Source: Yuukianura sp. NJ FZ-2021
Lineage: Eukaryota
Assembly: GCA_046563655.1 (NCBI GenBank)
Contig: CM102284.1
Span: 372,001-436,000 of the forward strand
Length of the DNA stretch: 64,000 nucleotides
Direction of reading: 5' to 3'
The position numbers and the translations under genes are program-made. Positions 13,101 through 23,998 of the stretch are shown here, piece after piece (within the stretch, counting starts at the first letter, position 1; every line of letters begins with the position of its first letter). The notes below the pieces were generated by a model, which was not told the origin of the DNA, ran no database searches, and worked only from the letters and a program-made list of their open reading frames with translations.

Positions 13101-16100
13101 AAATGTTTCTTTTACACCTTTAAAAAAAACATCCAACGCTTTGGAGAAGAAAGAAGGAGAAAAAAGTGGAGTTTGTTAGACTTTTGACCTAGTTGAAGCG
13201 TTGAGAATTTGCTAAGAATAATAATTTTTCTAGAAATGAACTTTATTGTTTACTTACACGAAAATTTTAGAAACTGTTTTGGAATTTCAGTTTATAGGTC
13301 ACCACTTATTTTCAATTTCAAATTTTTAAAGCCAAAAGAGTTCAAAAAATTCATTCGCCTTTGTACTAATTTTTTGAGGTTAGGCTTCGTGCTCATCAGT
13401 GATTGGTTGTGGATCCAGGTTAGGCTGTTTTAAAACCTTATAAAACCCCAAGGTAAATAAAACACTAACTTCCAAAATTTGGAAACTTTAATTTGAAAAT
13501 GCGGCCTAAGTTGCTCCTTGTTGGTGTGGTGGGAGTTGTTTTCATGCTTTTCATCGCATTGGCTCAAAGCCACAACGTCTCTTCAGAAGTTGGGCTCAGA
13601 AGAAGAGCACACAAGGTCCATTTTAAAAATCATCTTTTTCTAAAATTCAAAAAATTTCCGTCTGGTTGAATTTGTGAAACGATACTTTGGAATTTGTGTA
13701 GAGCTGCGTTGGAAATGGAGGGGAGTGTTCTGGAAATTGTTGCCGTAGATACTGGTGTGTGCTGGAGAATTCTGGAAGTACTGGAAGATGCCGTAGAAAA
13801 TCCATTTGCAAAAACAACGGAGGCTGCGTAGATGCAGGCGATACTTGTGGGGGGGGCCCTAATCAAGGGAGTTGCTGCCAAGGTTTCGAGTGCAATTCTG
13901 GGACTAACCAATGTAAGTTGAACTTAAGGTTAAATGAAATGTTAGGCCTAACCTAACCTTTACTTGTAATATGTAAATGTACATGTCAGTCTTCTGAAGA
14001 AAAGGGAATGTCGTTTGGTTTTTTAGGTGAAATATGAAGAAATGTCGGAAAAACATTCTAAACATTTTTCGATTTTTTAATAAATGATCAAATTAATAAC
14101 TATTAATCCTAAACATGAAATATTTTTACCTTATTTCAAAATTTTGAAACTGAGAGTTGAATAAAATGAATACAAAAGTATAATTTAGTATTATACATAA
14201 ATGTAATACAATAAAACGAAAGGAAATAGCTGAGAGAACCTTCAGCAATACTTGGGATGATGTGAAATGTTTAAAAACGGAGTTTTTTGAACTTTGACCT
14301 AGTTTAGTTTTAGCTTTTGCTCTTTGTTTTTGAATTGATGAACAGGGATGTCAAAAATATTTAGTCTTCATACCCTTTTGAGTAAAAAGTCAACGTAACC
14401 GAAGTATGTTATGCTAATTTTAGTTTGCCTCCCACTCAATTCCATTTTTTTTACAACGCTGTTACGTTCCGTAAAAATATGGAAAGCATGACAATCAAAA
14501 ATCAAAAAACCTTTCCTGGGAATGGGAAATTTCGGCTCATTTTACGACTACTAGTACTCAGAATTTGGAATTTTTAAAATTGAATTCTGAAAATGAAGCC
14601 AAGGTTATAGTGACGAGAGGTCATTCACTATTTATACCAAATGTCAAAACTACCTACAGTTAATTTTGCCCAAAAGTACATCAATTTTTCATCTCTTCTG
14701 CTCAACAGACAACCGAAAAAGCACAACAGGTTGAAAAACCTTGTAAAATTCAAATAAAAAATTATTGTTTTCCTGGAAAACTATTTTTCCGTCCCCCAAA
14801 ATGTAAAACGGAAATTACGCCACACTTTATGTCACCCCTCTCCCACACACACGACAAACATTTTTGTTTTTCAAAAAACGAAATTTTGGCGCAAAAGTGA
14901 AAATCGATAGAAGGAAATTTGATATTCTGGAAACACTTTACCTGAGTGGCTCCCCACGAGCTGTACTGACGCTCACAGGTTCCAGGAATGGAATGATTCC
15001 GTCTTTAGCTATAAAAAATATTTATTTAATTATATTTACTCTTTATTTTATATTAATCACTTTCATTCGAAGTCTCATATAAAGAGAATTCCTTGTTTTC
15101 GAAGTGTTATTTTTTCAAAGTTTTCTTTTTTATAGTTCTGTTTGTCAAAGTAAAATTCCATTTTTATGGACGTCTCGTTTCTAACTTTAGAATTTTTATT
15201 AAATTCTTAAACAGAATTTTAACATTTCTGGGAATTTTCGAAGAAAAAAAAAGTAGATTTTTGGGTTAACCGCCCCATCAACCTCTTTTTTTAAATAATA
15301 AATTTGATGTGTGATACCGATTTTCACATGAGTCAATTATTTCTTTGAAAACAATTTTGAAAAAAAGTTCAGCCAATCAACTCTGCTTCGCATCTTGAAA
15401 AAGTAATAATTACAAAAAAAATGCTTTTGTCGTAAGCTAGAAATGCAATTTTTAGGCTAAAAAAAACATAACCCAAATTAAAATATGTTTTTGTTGTTCT
15501 TTCTATATCTCTCAAAAAAGAGAAAATTGGATCAATTATTTTCCAAACATGACGCCCATGAGACCTTTTAATTGTTTTAATTGGTTTCTAAGTTAAGGAG
15601 GGGTCGCATGCCTTGAGAGACAAAAGAGCAGAGTGTAGAAAAAATAAGGCACCGAGCGGGATTCGAACCCATATCTCTTCAATCCGGGAGGAGCTCTAAC
15701 CCTTGGACTATCACGCCCCGTGGCGATTTGGAGTGAGACTGTTCCCAAACGCTACAACTTAGCCTTGAATTGACTTACCAATGGCCTGGAGTAGACGTGG
15801 TGCTCCCGTGAGTGACTGCAGCCCTGCTCCAATAGTGGAAAGGAAAGAGCCAATGAGGATGACCCATTCGTTGGGCCACGCAATGTTGGCCACGGTGAGT
15901 CTCCCTCCGACGGACTTGCCGAACTTGTCCCTGAGGAGGTAGCCATCCACGGTGCCCGAGAAGAGAATGACACAACTGAGGTACACCGTGGACGTGGCCA
16001 TGATGGCCCCGATTGTCCCGATGGGGATTGACCTCTGGGCATCTCGCAAGTCACCTGACCGGTTGCTCCCCGCCATAATTCCAGTCACGGAGGGAAAGAA

Positions 16101-19100
16101 AATCCCCACCAATATTGTGAAAGATGTGGTGATGTCTATGATTACCTGCAACACAAGCGAAAATTTAAACTTTGACCCCGAGACTAAAAACAGTGACTTT
16201 TGATCCACGGGACTAAAAAAGTTGATCCATGATCCCCGGGACTAAAGAAGTTGATCCATGATCCCCTGGACTAAAAAAAAATGTTGATCAATGATCCCCG
16301 GGACTAAAAAATGTTGATCCATGATCCCCGGGACTAAAAGAATGTTGATCCATGATCCCCGGGACTAAAAAAATGTTGATCCATGATCCCCGGGACTAAA
16401 AAAAGTTGATCCATGATCCCCGGGACTAAAAAATGTTGATCCATAATCCCCGGGACTAAAAAATGTTGATCCATGATCCCCGGGACTAAAAAAATGTTGA
16501 TCCATGATCCTCGGGACTAAAAAAATGTTGATCCATGATCCCCGGGACTAAAAAATGTTGATCCATGATCCCCGGGACTAAAAAAATGTTGATCCATGAT
16601 CCCCGGGACTAAAAAAATGTTGATCCATGATCCCCGGGACTAAAAAATGTTGATCCATGATCCCCGGGACTAAAAAAATGTTGATCCATGATCCCCGGGA
16701 CTAAAAAAAATGTTGATCCATGATCCCGGGACTAAAAAAATGTTGATCCATGATCCCCGGGACTAAAAAAATGTTGATCCATGATCCCCGGGACTAAAAA
16801 ATGTTGATCCATGATCCCCGGGACTAAAAAAAATGTTGATCCATGATCCCCGGGACAAGAAAATTTTACCCTTGATCACCGGGAATACACAAGTTGATTA
16901 TGATCCCCGGGCTAAAAAAGTTGACCGTTGATCCCCGGGACTAAAAGTTGGTCGTACCTGGTTGTAGGCCTTGCCGTTGTCAGGGAACTGTGGTTCTGGA
17001 GAGACTAGTTGGTCCTGTTCCCGCCACGACGGCCAGATATTTCTCCAGAAGACGCCTGAGGCGAGACCCTGGATGCCATAGATCGTCCTCACCTCGTGGT
17101 CATCAAAGTACTCGTCACATCGGTCGTCACTCGACGGCTCACTGCCCATCGGGGGACAGTAGAGGATCCACAGGGGAGAACCCACGTCCTTCGTGCAATT
17201 CGTCTGTTCCAGCAGTCGATCCCCAAGTAAGCACAGTCTAACAATTAAAAACTAATTAACACCCAACACTAATTAACACTTAGTCCATCCACTAATTAAC
17301 TCCCCTGTTCCACTTAATTACTACACACAGAACCCCGCCTGCTACTCGTCAGGAGTCAATTTTAGGCACAGAATACCCGGATTTGACGTCATCCGAAGCG
17401 AAAGTGTGCCATATTTAAAAAAAAGTTGTACAAAAAAGGAGGGAACTTTCAAACTTTTCAAATTTTAATTTCAAACTATTCTTGGCTTAATCAAAATCCC
17501 CGCCTCAAATTATTATTTCTCTTTATTCTCAAAATCTCTCAAATTTTTCTCATTTTCTCCTAACATCTCTCGCAGAATCTTTTTTTTTTAATTTTTGGCT
17601 TTTCTCTAAAAATCTCTCAAAATTTTCGCTTTTCTCTCGTTTCCTCCTCTCAAAATCTTTCTCAAAATTTTGTCTCCTGTCTTTCCCTTCATTTATGTTC
17701 TCAAAATTTTGAAAACCTTGAGTTTTTTTTTACTTACGCCAATTTTTTGTTTCCGTAGATGTTGACAAAGATTCCAACGTAGACGGCACAGATGGAACAG
17801 ACGACACAAAGAAGAGCGACGACGGCAAATTTGTTGACGAATTTGACGCCTACGGAAACGACTCCGCCAATGATGATGAGCAGCGCTGTGCCATACACTC
17901 TGTAATTGTTGTACATGTTCTCTGGAACTGATGTTGACCCAAAGATACTCAGGCCAGGAGCCATGTATTGCTAGGGTAGAGGTCAAAGGTCAACTTTTCA
18001 AAAAAGTTCAAAATTTCTTCAAAATTTTGAAACTTACAATTAGGATTTCCACAGCACCGACAATGTACATGGCAGCAGCGAGAGTCGTTCCAATGTAAAA
18101 CAAAATCCCGACGGCGCCACCAAACTCCGGGCCTAAACTCCGTGAAATCATGAAATAACTTCCGCCGCCCGGAACAACTCCATTTGTAGCAATTGCAGAC
18201 ATTGAAATAGCAGTTAGCATTGTCTGAAAGGTCAATTAAGGTCATCAAAGGTCATTCAAGGTCATTGACCTTTTGACCTTTGAGTCTAGACAGGAAGCAT
18301 GAAGACTTACGACACAACAACACATGAAGACAATAGCAAAGGCGCAGATCGTTCCGGCCGTGCCCACAACCCAAGTTAGACGGATGAAGAGAATGACGCC
18401 AAAAATGTTCTGGATGCAGGGCAGAAAGACACCAATGAAGGTACCCATCTTGGAGGCTTGATTGGCGGGTGCAGCCCCACCCGCCCCACCGGCCCCACCA
18501 GGCGTCAGAGTTGACAGGACGTGGGGCAGGAGGAGGGACGAGGCATGTGGAGAACCCCCCGTCGTCCCACCGCCTGTCTCCTGCACAAAACATTTACATT
18601 TTAACTTTTAACTTTTTAGTATAAACCACCAAAAACTCCGGCTATTGACCCCTGCACTTAAAAAAAAAGTTGAAATGTTTTCCAAAAAAAAAGTTTAAAA
18701 AAAATTCTTTTCCTTTTTGATGTTTTTCAAAAATGGAAGTAAAAAGGCGGGGCATTGACCCTGCAATGAAAATGCTTAAAAATTTACGATGTTTTTCTGT
18801 TTTTTCCCTCAACATTCTGCGAAATCTAGCTACAAATCTTGAGGGGGGTTGAGGGTGGACGAACCCCGGGGATCATGTACCCCCGGGGATCATGTACCCC
18901 TGGGGTTCAAAAGTTGAAACTTACGTCATATAGGTATAGGTTGTGGGAGTAGGAAGGTGTTTTCTGCATGGCGTCTGTTTTGAGTCGTGGTTCTGGTTCT
19001 GGAGCAGTGGCTGTAGTCGTGTTTCCGATCACTTCCTCCTCTTTTTCATCTGGAAAGAAGCCGCAAGGTACATTTAATACTAAGAACACGACATGAATAG

Positions 19101-19839
19101 AAATTTAACAGATGCAATGTCTAGTTAGACGTCTTGAGTTCCTGCCAAATACAAATGTTAGGCTAACCTAACATTAGCCTAACGTCACCTCACTTCAGGA
19201 AATCCTTGTCCGACAAATTGGACATGAACAGGAAAACCCGCCACTCAATTAATTTTAATTTGTCATACTTAACTTCATTTTTTTGTCAATTAAAAGACAA
19301 CCAAATGCTAATTCAAATTGCAACTTGACCTCTGACATACCTAATTCACACCTACCATGATTTTCCAGAAAAAAAAGCAAAAAATTCACTCAAAGAAATT
19401 TTTTACTTTTAGTTCCAACATGTAAATTGGTTTTTAAAGTTTAGCATGGGTTTTAAGTTTTGTGTTTTTTTTAGTATTACTGATTTCTTTTAGTTTTGCT
19501 GTTTTTTTTGTTAGTTTTACTTAAGCATAAAGTCGGTAAAACTAGTTTCTTTTTAAAAACAAAACACCGAAAAATTTCTGTTGCTGAAACGGCATTTTTG
19601 TTTTGAAAAGCAGGAGGATTTTTGGATTTGTTTTTGAGATTAGAAGTTATGCTATTTTTGAATTTTTGTTTTAAATTGACAACCCGCCCATTTGAAGTGT
19701 CAAACAGGAAGAGTTGAGGGAAGATGTTTTTTAAAAAAAACAGTCTGAAAAGCTTACCATGGTTGCTGACGACGTTGATGACAATTTTAGGGGAATTGGC
19801 GTTTGAGGAGGGAGGGGTAACGTCACTTGAAACTGACAT
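10165..19839 (-). CDS. kcc: K-Cl cotransporter (SLC12A4-7 / kazachoc family), ~17 coding exons, isoform with proximal first exon 19758-19839
   Basis: [105 protein letters not shown]-terminus [15 protein letters not shown] (TAA at 10165-10167). Confidence 0.97.
11395..11680. repeat. Degenerate 7-8 bp tandem repeat (TGGATTA/TGGAATTG) filling a KCC intron
   Basis: About 35 imperfect units are visible directly. Confidence 0.8.
12365..12450 (-). mobile_element. Decayed tRNA-like repeat (second type) in a KCC intron
   Basis: Minus strand TGGCCTTGTCGATAGGGC...GGGTTCGTATCTCCCCTGGTGCA followed by a T run: A/B-box-like, but no intact cloverleaf. Confidence 0.4.
13499..13956 (+). CDS. Secreted tandem-knottin (ICK-like) prepropeptide, copy A; exons 13499-13615, 13702-13956; antisense inside a KCC intron
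   Basis: Signal peptide [24 protein letters not shown]; propeptide ending GLRRRAHK; mature region with 13 Cys in two C-C-CC-C-C frames. TATA-like CTTATAAAA at ~13437. Confidence 0.85.
15605..15752 (-). mobile_element. tRNA-derived SINE-like repeat, copy 3 (KCC intron)
   Basis: Plus strand GCGGGATTCGAACCCATATCTCTTC...CTCTAACCCTTGGACTATC...GACTGTTCCCAAACG, matching copy 1. Confidence 0.7.
16170..16950. repeat. Minisatellite, ~30-33 bp unit TGATCCATGATCCCCGGGACTAAAAAA(A)TGT, >20 copies, filling KCC intron 16147-16958
   Basis: Head-to-tail, near-identical units differing mostly in A-run length; degenerate units at both edges. Confidence 0.97.
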
Positions 19840-21099
19840 CCTTGTGGTTAGCCCTTTGACCCCAAAAAACTACGTTCTGGGTTCGAATCCCACAGGGGTC
19901 ACACGCCCCTCCAAATTTTTCACTTCTTTTTTAAATAAAACTTAACTTTTAAAAAAATGGAACTAAACAAAATTTTGGTTCCCCGAGGGGGAAAGTGAGA
20001 CTGTGAAGAAATACGTCCGGGCGCTCCTTTCTCCGCGGAGAAAGTGGAGGGCGTAGACCTTTCACCGTGCTTCGCTCTCTCCTCCGTCCTCACCTTACCT
20101 CCCACTGTCGCCGTCTCCCCCCTACCCTAAACTCCACTATGTTCAAAACATAACATTAGACTATATACTCCGTTCGAAAAACTCTGTTCTAAAACTCTTG
20201 TTCGAAACGCTCCTGTTCAGAACAGAGTTGGGTTTGTGCCAATTCTGCCTTTTCCTTTACTACCCTACTCCTCTACATCTGGAAAAATCGAAGAGGGGGG
20301 AAAGTATATGTAGGTTGGACATGCGTCTCTCTTCCGCCTTTTCCTCACCCCCAGAACCCCCCCCCCCCATCAAAAAACACCACTCCAACCCCCCCCCCCT
20401 AAAAAAAGAACCCCCCACCACCCCACAGACCCACTTTCACGCAAAACAAATGACGAACAGGACCCCACTAAAGCTCAGAAAGAAAGCGACCGTGAACAAC
20501 TTTCTTCTCTTTTTTTTGTCTCTCTTCTCTCTTTCTCTCATCTTCTCACAAACATCCGCCGACTTTAGAACAAGACTCTCCTCCTTTCAAGTATTTCTGA
20601 GACACGGAGATTAGAATTCGATTAAAGTCAGAGTGTAAAGACTCTCTTCCAGTCGCTAGTTGGCTCTCCAATCAATTAGAAAAGACGATAGCCTAACCTA
20701 GCCTAATGTAAACCTAACATGAACCTTGAGACTACTAAAGGAAGCCGAGAAAGTCAAACGGAAACCCAAAGAGTGTAAAGTTGGAATTTCATTTTGGGAG
20801 TTTGACTTTCCGTTTTCTTGAGAAGGAGATTGTGAAATTTCATATTTCAAAGTTAAGGAGGGGCTGAACTTTATTTTTGAAAAAGAGAAAGTTTTTGGAG
20901 AAAGGCAGTCGACTATGGAAAGAAGTCTGAATTAAAATCCTTGCAGAGGAAGCAAAACTTGTGAAAGTTTTAAATTAACTGCTCACAATTACCTCCTCAA
21001 CAGCCACTACATCTTAGCACTTTTTCCGCATGAAATGACTCTTTTTTAAATAAAAAAAAACACAAGTTTTTTTTTAAACTAACTCAGTTTTCATCAAAA

Positions 21100-21620
21100 T
21101 TCTTAACATTATGCATTGTTTTTTGTATTCTAGACGAAACAAGGTATCCTTGTTCGAAAAATACAAGAAACAACAAACTTTTTGGACAACATAGCATTAA
21201 ACAAAAAGTTAAAAAGATTGCAAACAACGTTCGTTGCTGCGAAACATATAACAAAACAATAACTAACCACAAAAAATGTTGTTTTTTTGCTAAAAATTCA
21301 GCAAAATGATCCAAAACGCTCAAAAAACGTTGTTGTTTTTTTTGCTGAAGAGTTCAGCAGTACGATCCAAAACACAAAACGTCTTTTTTGCTGGAAACGT
21401 CAAAAGAACGTTTCAAATCACTCAAAAAAGGTTATGTTACTGTAAACGTCAGCAGAACGTTACAAAGCAATCAAAAACGTTTTTTTTTGTTGAAAACAGA
21501 ACGATTCAAATCACTCAAAAGAACGTTTTTTGCTGACAAACGCAAAACGACAAAGGTTATACAAAAAACGTTTCCATTGAAAACGTTAGCAAAACGTCGA
21601 GATACGTAATTAACGTTCTA
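21100..21620. repeat. Degenerate AAAACG/CGTTTT-rich repeat, probably a decayed non-autonomous element
   Basis: Recurrent CAAAACG and TTTTTTGCTG motifs, and a duplicated ATTCAGCAAAATGATCCAAAAC / TCAAATCACTCAAAA. Confidence 0.45.
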
Positions 21621-21814
21621 TTGCAAAATGAAACACAAACGAAAGGACGACGTAATCTTTATTGACACTTATTGAATAAATTGCATTGATAAATTTCTAA
21701 TACATTTAAATAATATTTGAATCAACGAATTAAATTACTATGATTCTGGTTGAACTTTGTTTTACGACAAAAACTTGTTTCCTTTTGACTAACTAAAACA
21801 GAATGGACTCGCAC

Positions 21815-23998
21815 TTAATTTTTTCCAATTCGTAAGTTTCTATTTCCCGCTTCTTTTAAATTTTCTTTCAAAGTTGTTACTTTAAACAAAGTGGGTCTCG
21901 TTTCTAGCAAATTTTGTTCATACTTGTGAACCGGAAGTGTTTCATCCTGAGTCCACTCGTAATTCAAAATTATAATTTTCCAAAAAGTTATTATCTCTTG
22001 TACCACAATTATGATAATTTTGAAAAACCTTTCAAGTACAAACGAAATCGTTGACACAGCAAATCCTATACACGGAATTGCAAAAATGAGAGACAAAGTG
22101 TCTAGTGTAAGAGGCTTCCTATCTAGAGAATTTCTGTCCACAATTCTCTGCAATTTAGCCTTGATTGGATCTTTTTCGTTCACATTTTGCATAAATTTGC
22201 TCCCGCTCTTTTTCAAATTGGCTAAAGTATCTTGAGTCCACTTATCTATAAATCCAGTGTCAATAAAACTGGCAACAATGTAGTGAAACGCGTTTGTGAA
22301 AACAGAGTTGCGCTGTGTTGCCACCGTCCAGATGACAGAGTATAACGGTGGTTTTGAGTAGTAAAGGGGTGTTGCCATTTGTGGCAACAAAGTCAAATTT
22401 CTGGCTATCCAAGCCTCCAGAAGTTGCTTCCACCCGACACAAACGAGGCCATCTTGAATAAACGCGCGTTTGACGCATTGTGCGCCGCTCGTTTCATCCC
22501 TCATGCGCCGTCTGACGAGTTTAACGTTTCGCTCTGGACTTGTGTCTAAAAAGTTGTTCGAAGCGGAGTTGTGATTGTGAAATAAAATGTCGTAAGTTTC
22601 AAATTCGGTCGCAAGTTGTTCCAATGTCGTAGGTCCAATGTACTGCTGAAACGGTACTGACAAGTGACTGCGTAAATTTCCAACGTAAGCAGCAGTTATT
22701 AACGTGGTATAGGCTAACCAAAGTGCCGTCACAAACCGGAAACTTTTACTACTTGACATAATTTCCGGCGTAGAAATCATTAGAGCAATAGCTATTGTCC
22801 TAAGAATTGACTGAGCAAAAAGGTCCAGCTGACTTTGCGGGAGTATTTTCCAAGTAAATTTGCCAGGTCGCAAAGTTACCATCGGTTTTTCGAAATTGCC
22901 ATGTCGCAAAGTTACTGTCGGTTTTACCGGTTCCCCGAACCGGAGACCGAAGTAAAAAGCCGGTATTATGCAAATTTGAGCCAATCCGAGCAAGATCCAG
23001 ACATCGCGTTGAAAAGAATGGAAAATTACCGACGGCGGCACGAACGGTTCCGGAAACGTACCGTAAAACACAAGATCGGCAGTGACGAACCGTGTGGAAA
23101 AATCGTGCATCGGCGACCGTTCTAAAGTGTGTGCCAAACAGAGACCGACGTCTGCTTCTTTGTTGATGATGCTCGCAATGAGTCCGTCCCATGTACCGTT
23201 GGCCAACTTGTACCCCGTGACACGACCACGTTCCACGTCCATGTCATATGTAAAATTGTATACTCCGGAGGCATATTTGACTATGTTGTACCCCGTACCG
23301 TGATACACTTTTTGTCCGGTTTCGGTAAACTCGAGATACGACCACGGAGCGATATCGATTCCCATCACGAGCAAATGTTTCCCCCGAACCGAATCCAAAA
23401 TTGACATTTCCGGTTTTCGCCGAATCGAAACACGCCGGTTTCTGAATGATATCGTTTCGGATTCGGAAAACATCGGTTTGGATTCAGAAAAAATTGGAAT
23501 TCCAATGGCGTCGCGGAATGTCCGGTCTCCGATTATTGCAAACATGTCGATAAGAACTGCCTGAGGCGCTATAAAAGCAAACCGATCTTTGTGGTTGTTG
23601 TTGAATGACATTGACTTTGAAATTGTGTTTTCAAGGTCACGTGAGGTCACGTGAACAACATAAGAATTGCAGTGCCGGGAAAACTTTTTACCGCGCACGA
23701 CTTCCGTCTGGTTCCGAAGTCTAGGACGGAAATGGACGATGGACGAGTAGACTGCTACTGGAATTCCGCCGTCCACAGTTTGACTTTGACCTTCAAAAAG
23801 GTCATTGACCCCGATCAAAACGTTTCTGTTACACCTAATGTTTGTTGGGTTGCTAGGGTCCCTTAGAAACGCAACCATTTCTGCAAGGACTCTCACTTTG
23901 TCAGCTTCGCCCAGTACTTCTGTAGCCTCCAAATTCAAGAAATTGGCGCCAAACAGTAGTAGAAACAAAAACATTTCAAAAAATTGCAAAATCTGCAA
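21815..23998 (-). CDS. Divergent ionotropic receptor (IR, iGluR-like chemoreceptor), single exon, 727 aa
   Basis: Signal peptide; S1 motif GYKLANGTWDGLIASIINKEADVGL..TLER; M1 (FQRDVWILL); M2 (LWLAYTTLITAAYVGNLRSHLSVP); S2; M3 (PLTLDTLSLIFAIPCIGFAVSTISFVLE). Confidence 0.9.
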   Translation of the reverse strand: MQILQFFEMFLFLLLFGANFLNLEATEVLGEADKVRVLAEMVAFLRDPSNPTNIRCNRNVLIGVNDLFEGQSQTVDGGIPVAVYSSIVHFRPRLRNQTEVVRGKKFSRHCNSYVVHVTSRDLENTISKSMSFNNNHKDRFAFIAPQAVLIDMFAIIGDRTFRDAIGIPIFSESKPMFSESETISFRNRRVSIRRKPEMSILDSVRGKHLLVMGIDIAPWSYLEFTETGQKVYHGTGYNIVKYASGVYNFTYDMDVERGRVTGYKLANGTWDGLIASIINKEADVGLCLAHTLERSPMHDFSTRFVTADLVFYGTFPEPFVPPSVIFHSFQRDVWILLGLAQICIIPAFYFGLRFGEPVKPTVTLRHGNFEKPMVTLRPGKFTWKILPQSQLDLFAQSILRTIAIALMISTPEIMSSSKSFRFVTALWLAYTTLITAAYVGNLRSHLSVPFQQYIGPTTLEQLATEFETYDILFHNHNSASNNFLDTSPERNVKLVRRRMRDETSGAQCVKRAFIQDGLVCVGWKQLLEAWIARNLTLLPQMATPLYYSKPPLYSVIWTVATQRNSVFTNAFHYIVASFIDTGFIDKWTQDTLANLKKSGSKFMQNVNEKDPIKAKLQRIVDRNSLDRKPLTLDTLSLIFAIPCIGFAVSTISFVLERFFKIIIIVVQEIITFWKIIILNYEWTQDETLPVHKYEQNLLETRPTLFKVTTLKENLKEAGNRNLRIGKN

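Noticed and set aside
16170-16950. CRISPR-like array of ~31-bp palindromic repeats
   Set aside because: Units are head-to-tail with no unique spacers, lie inside a spliceosomal intron, and there are no cas genes; it is a minisatellite.
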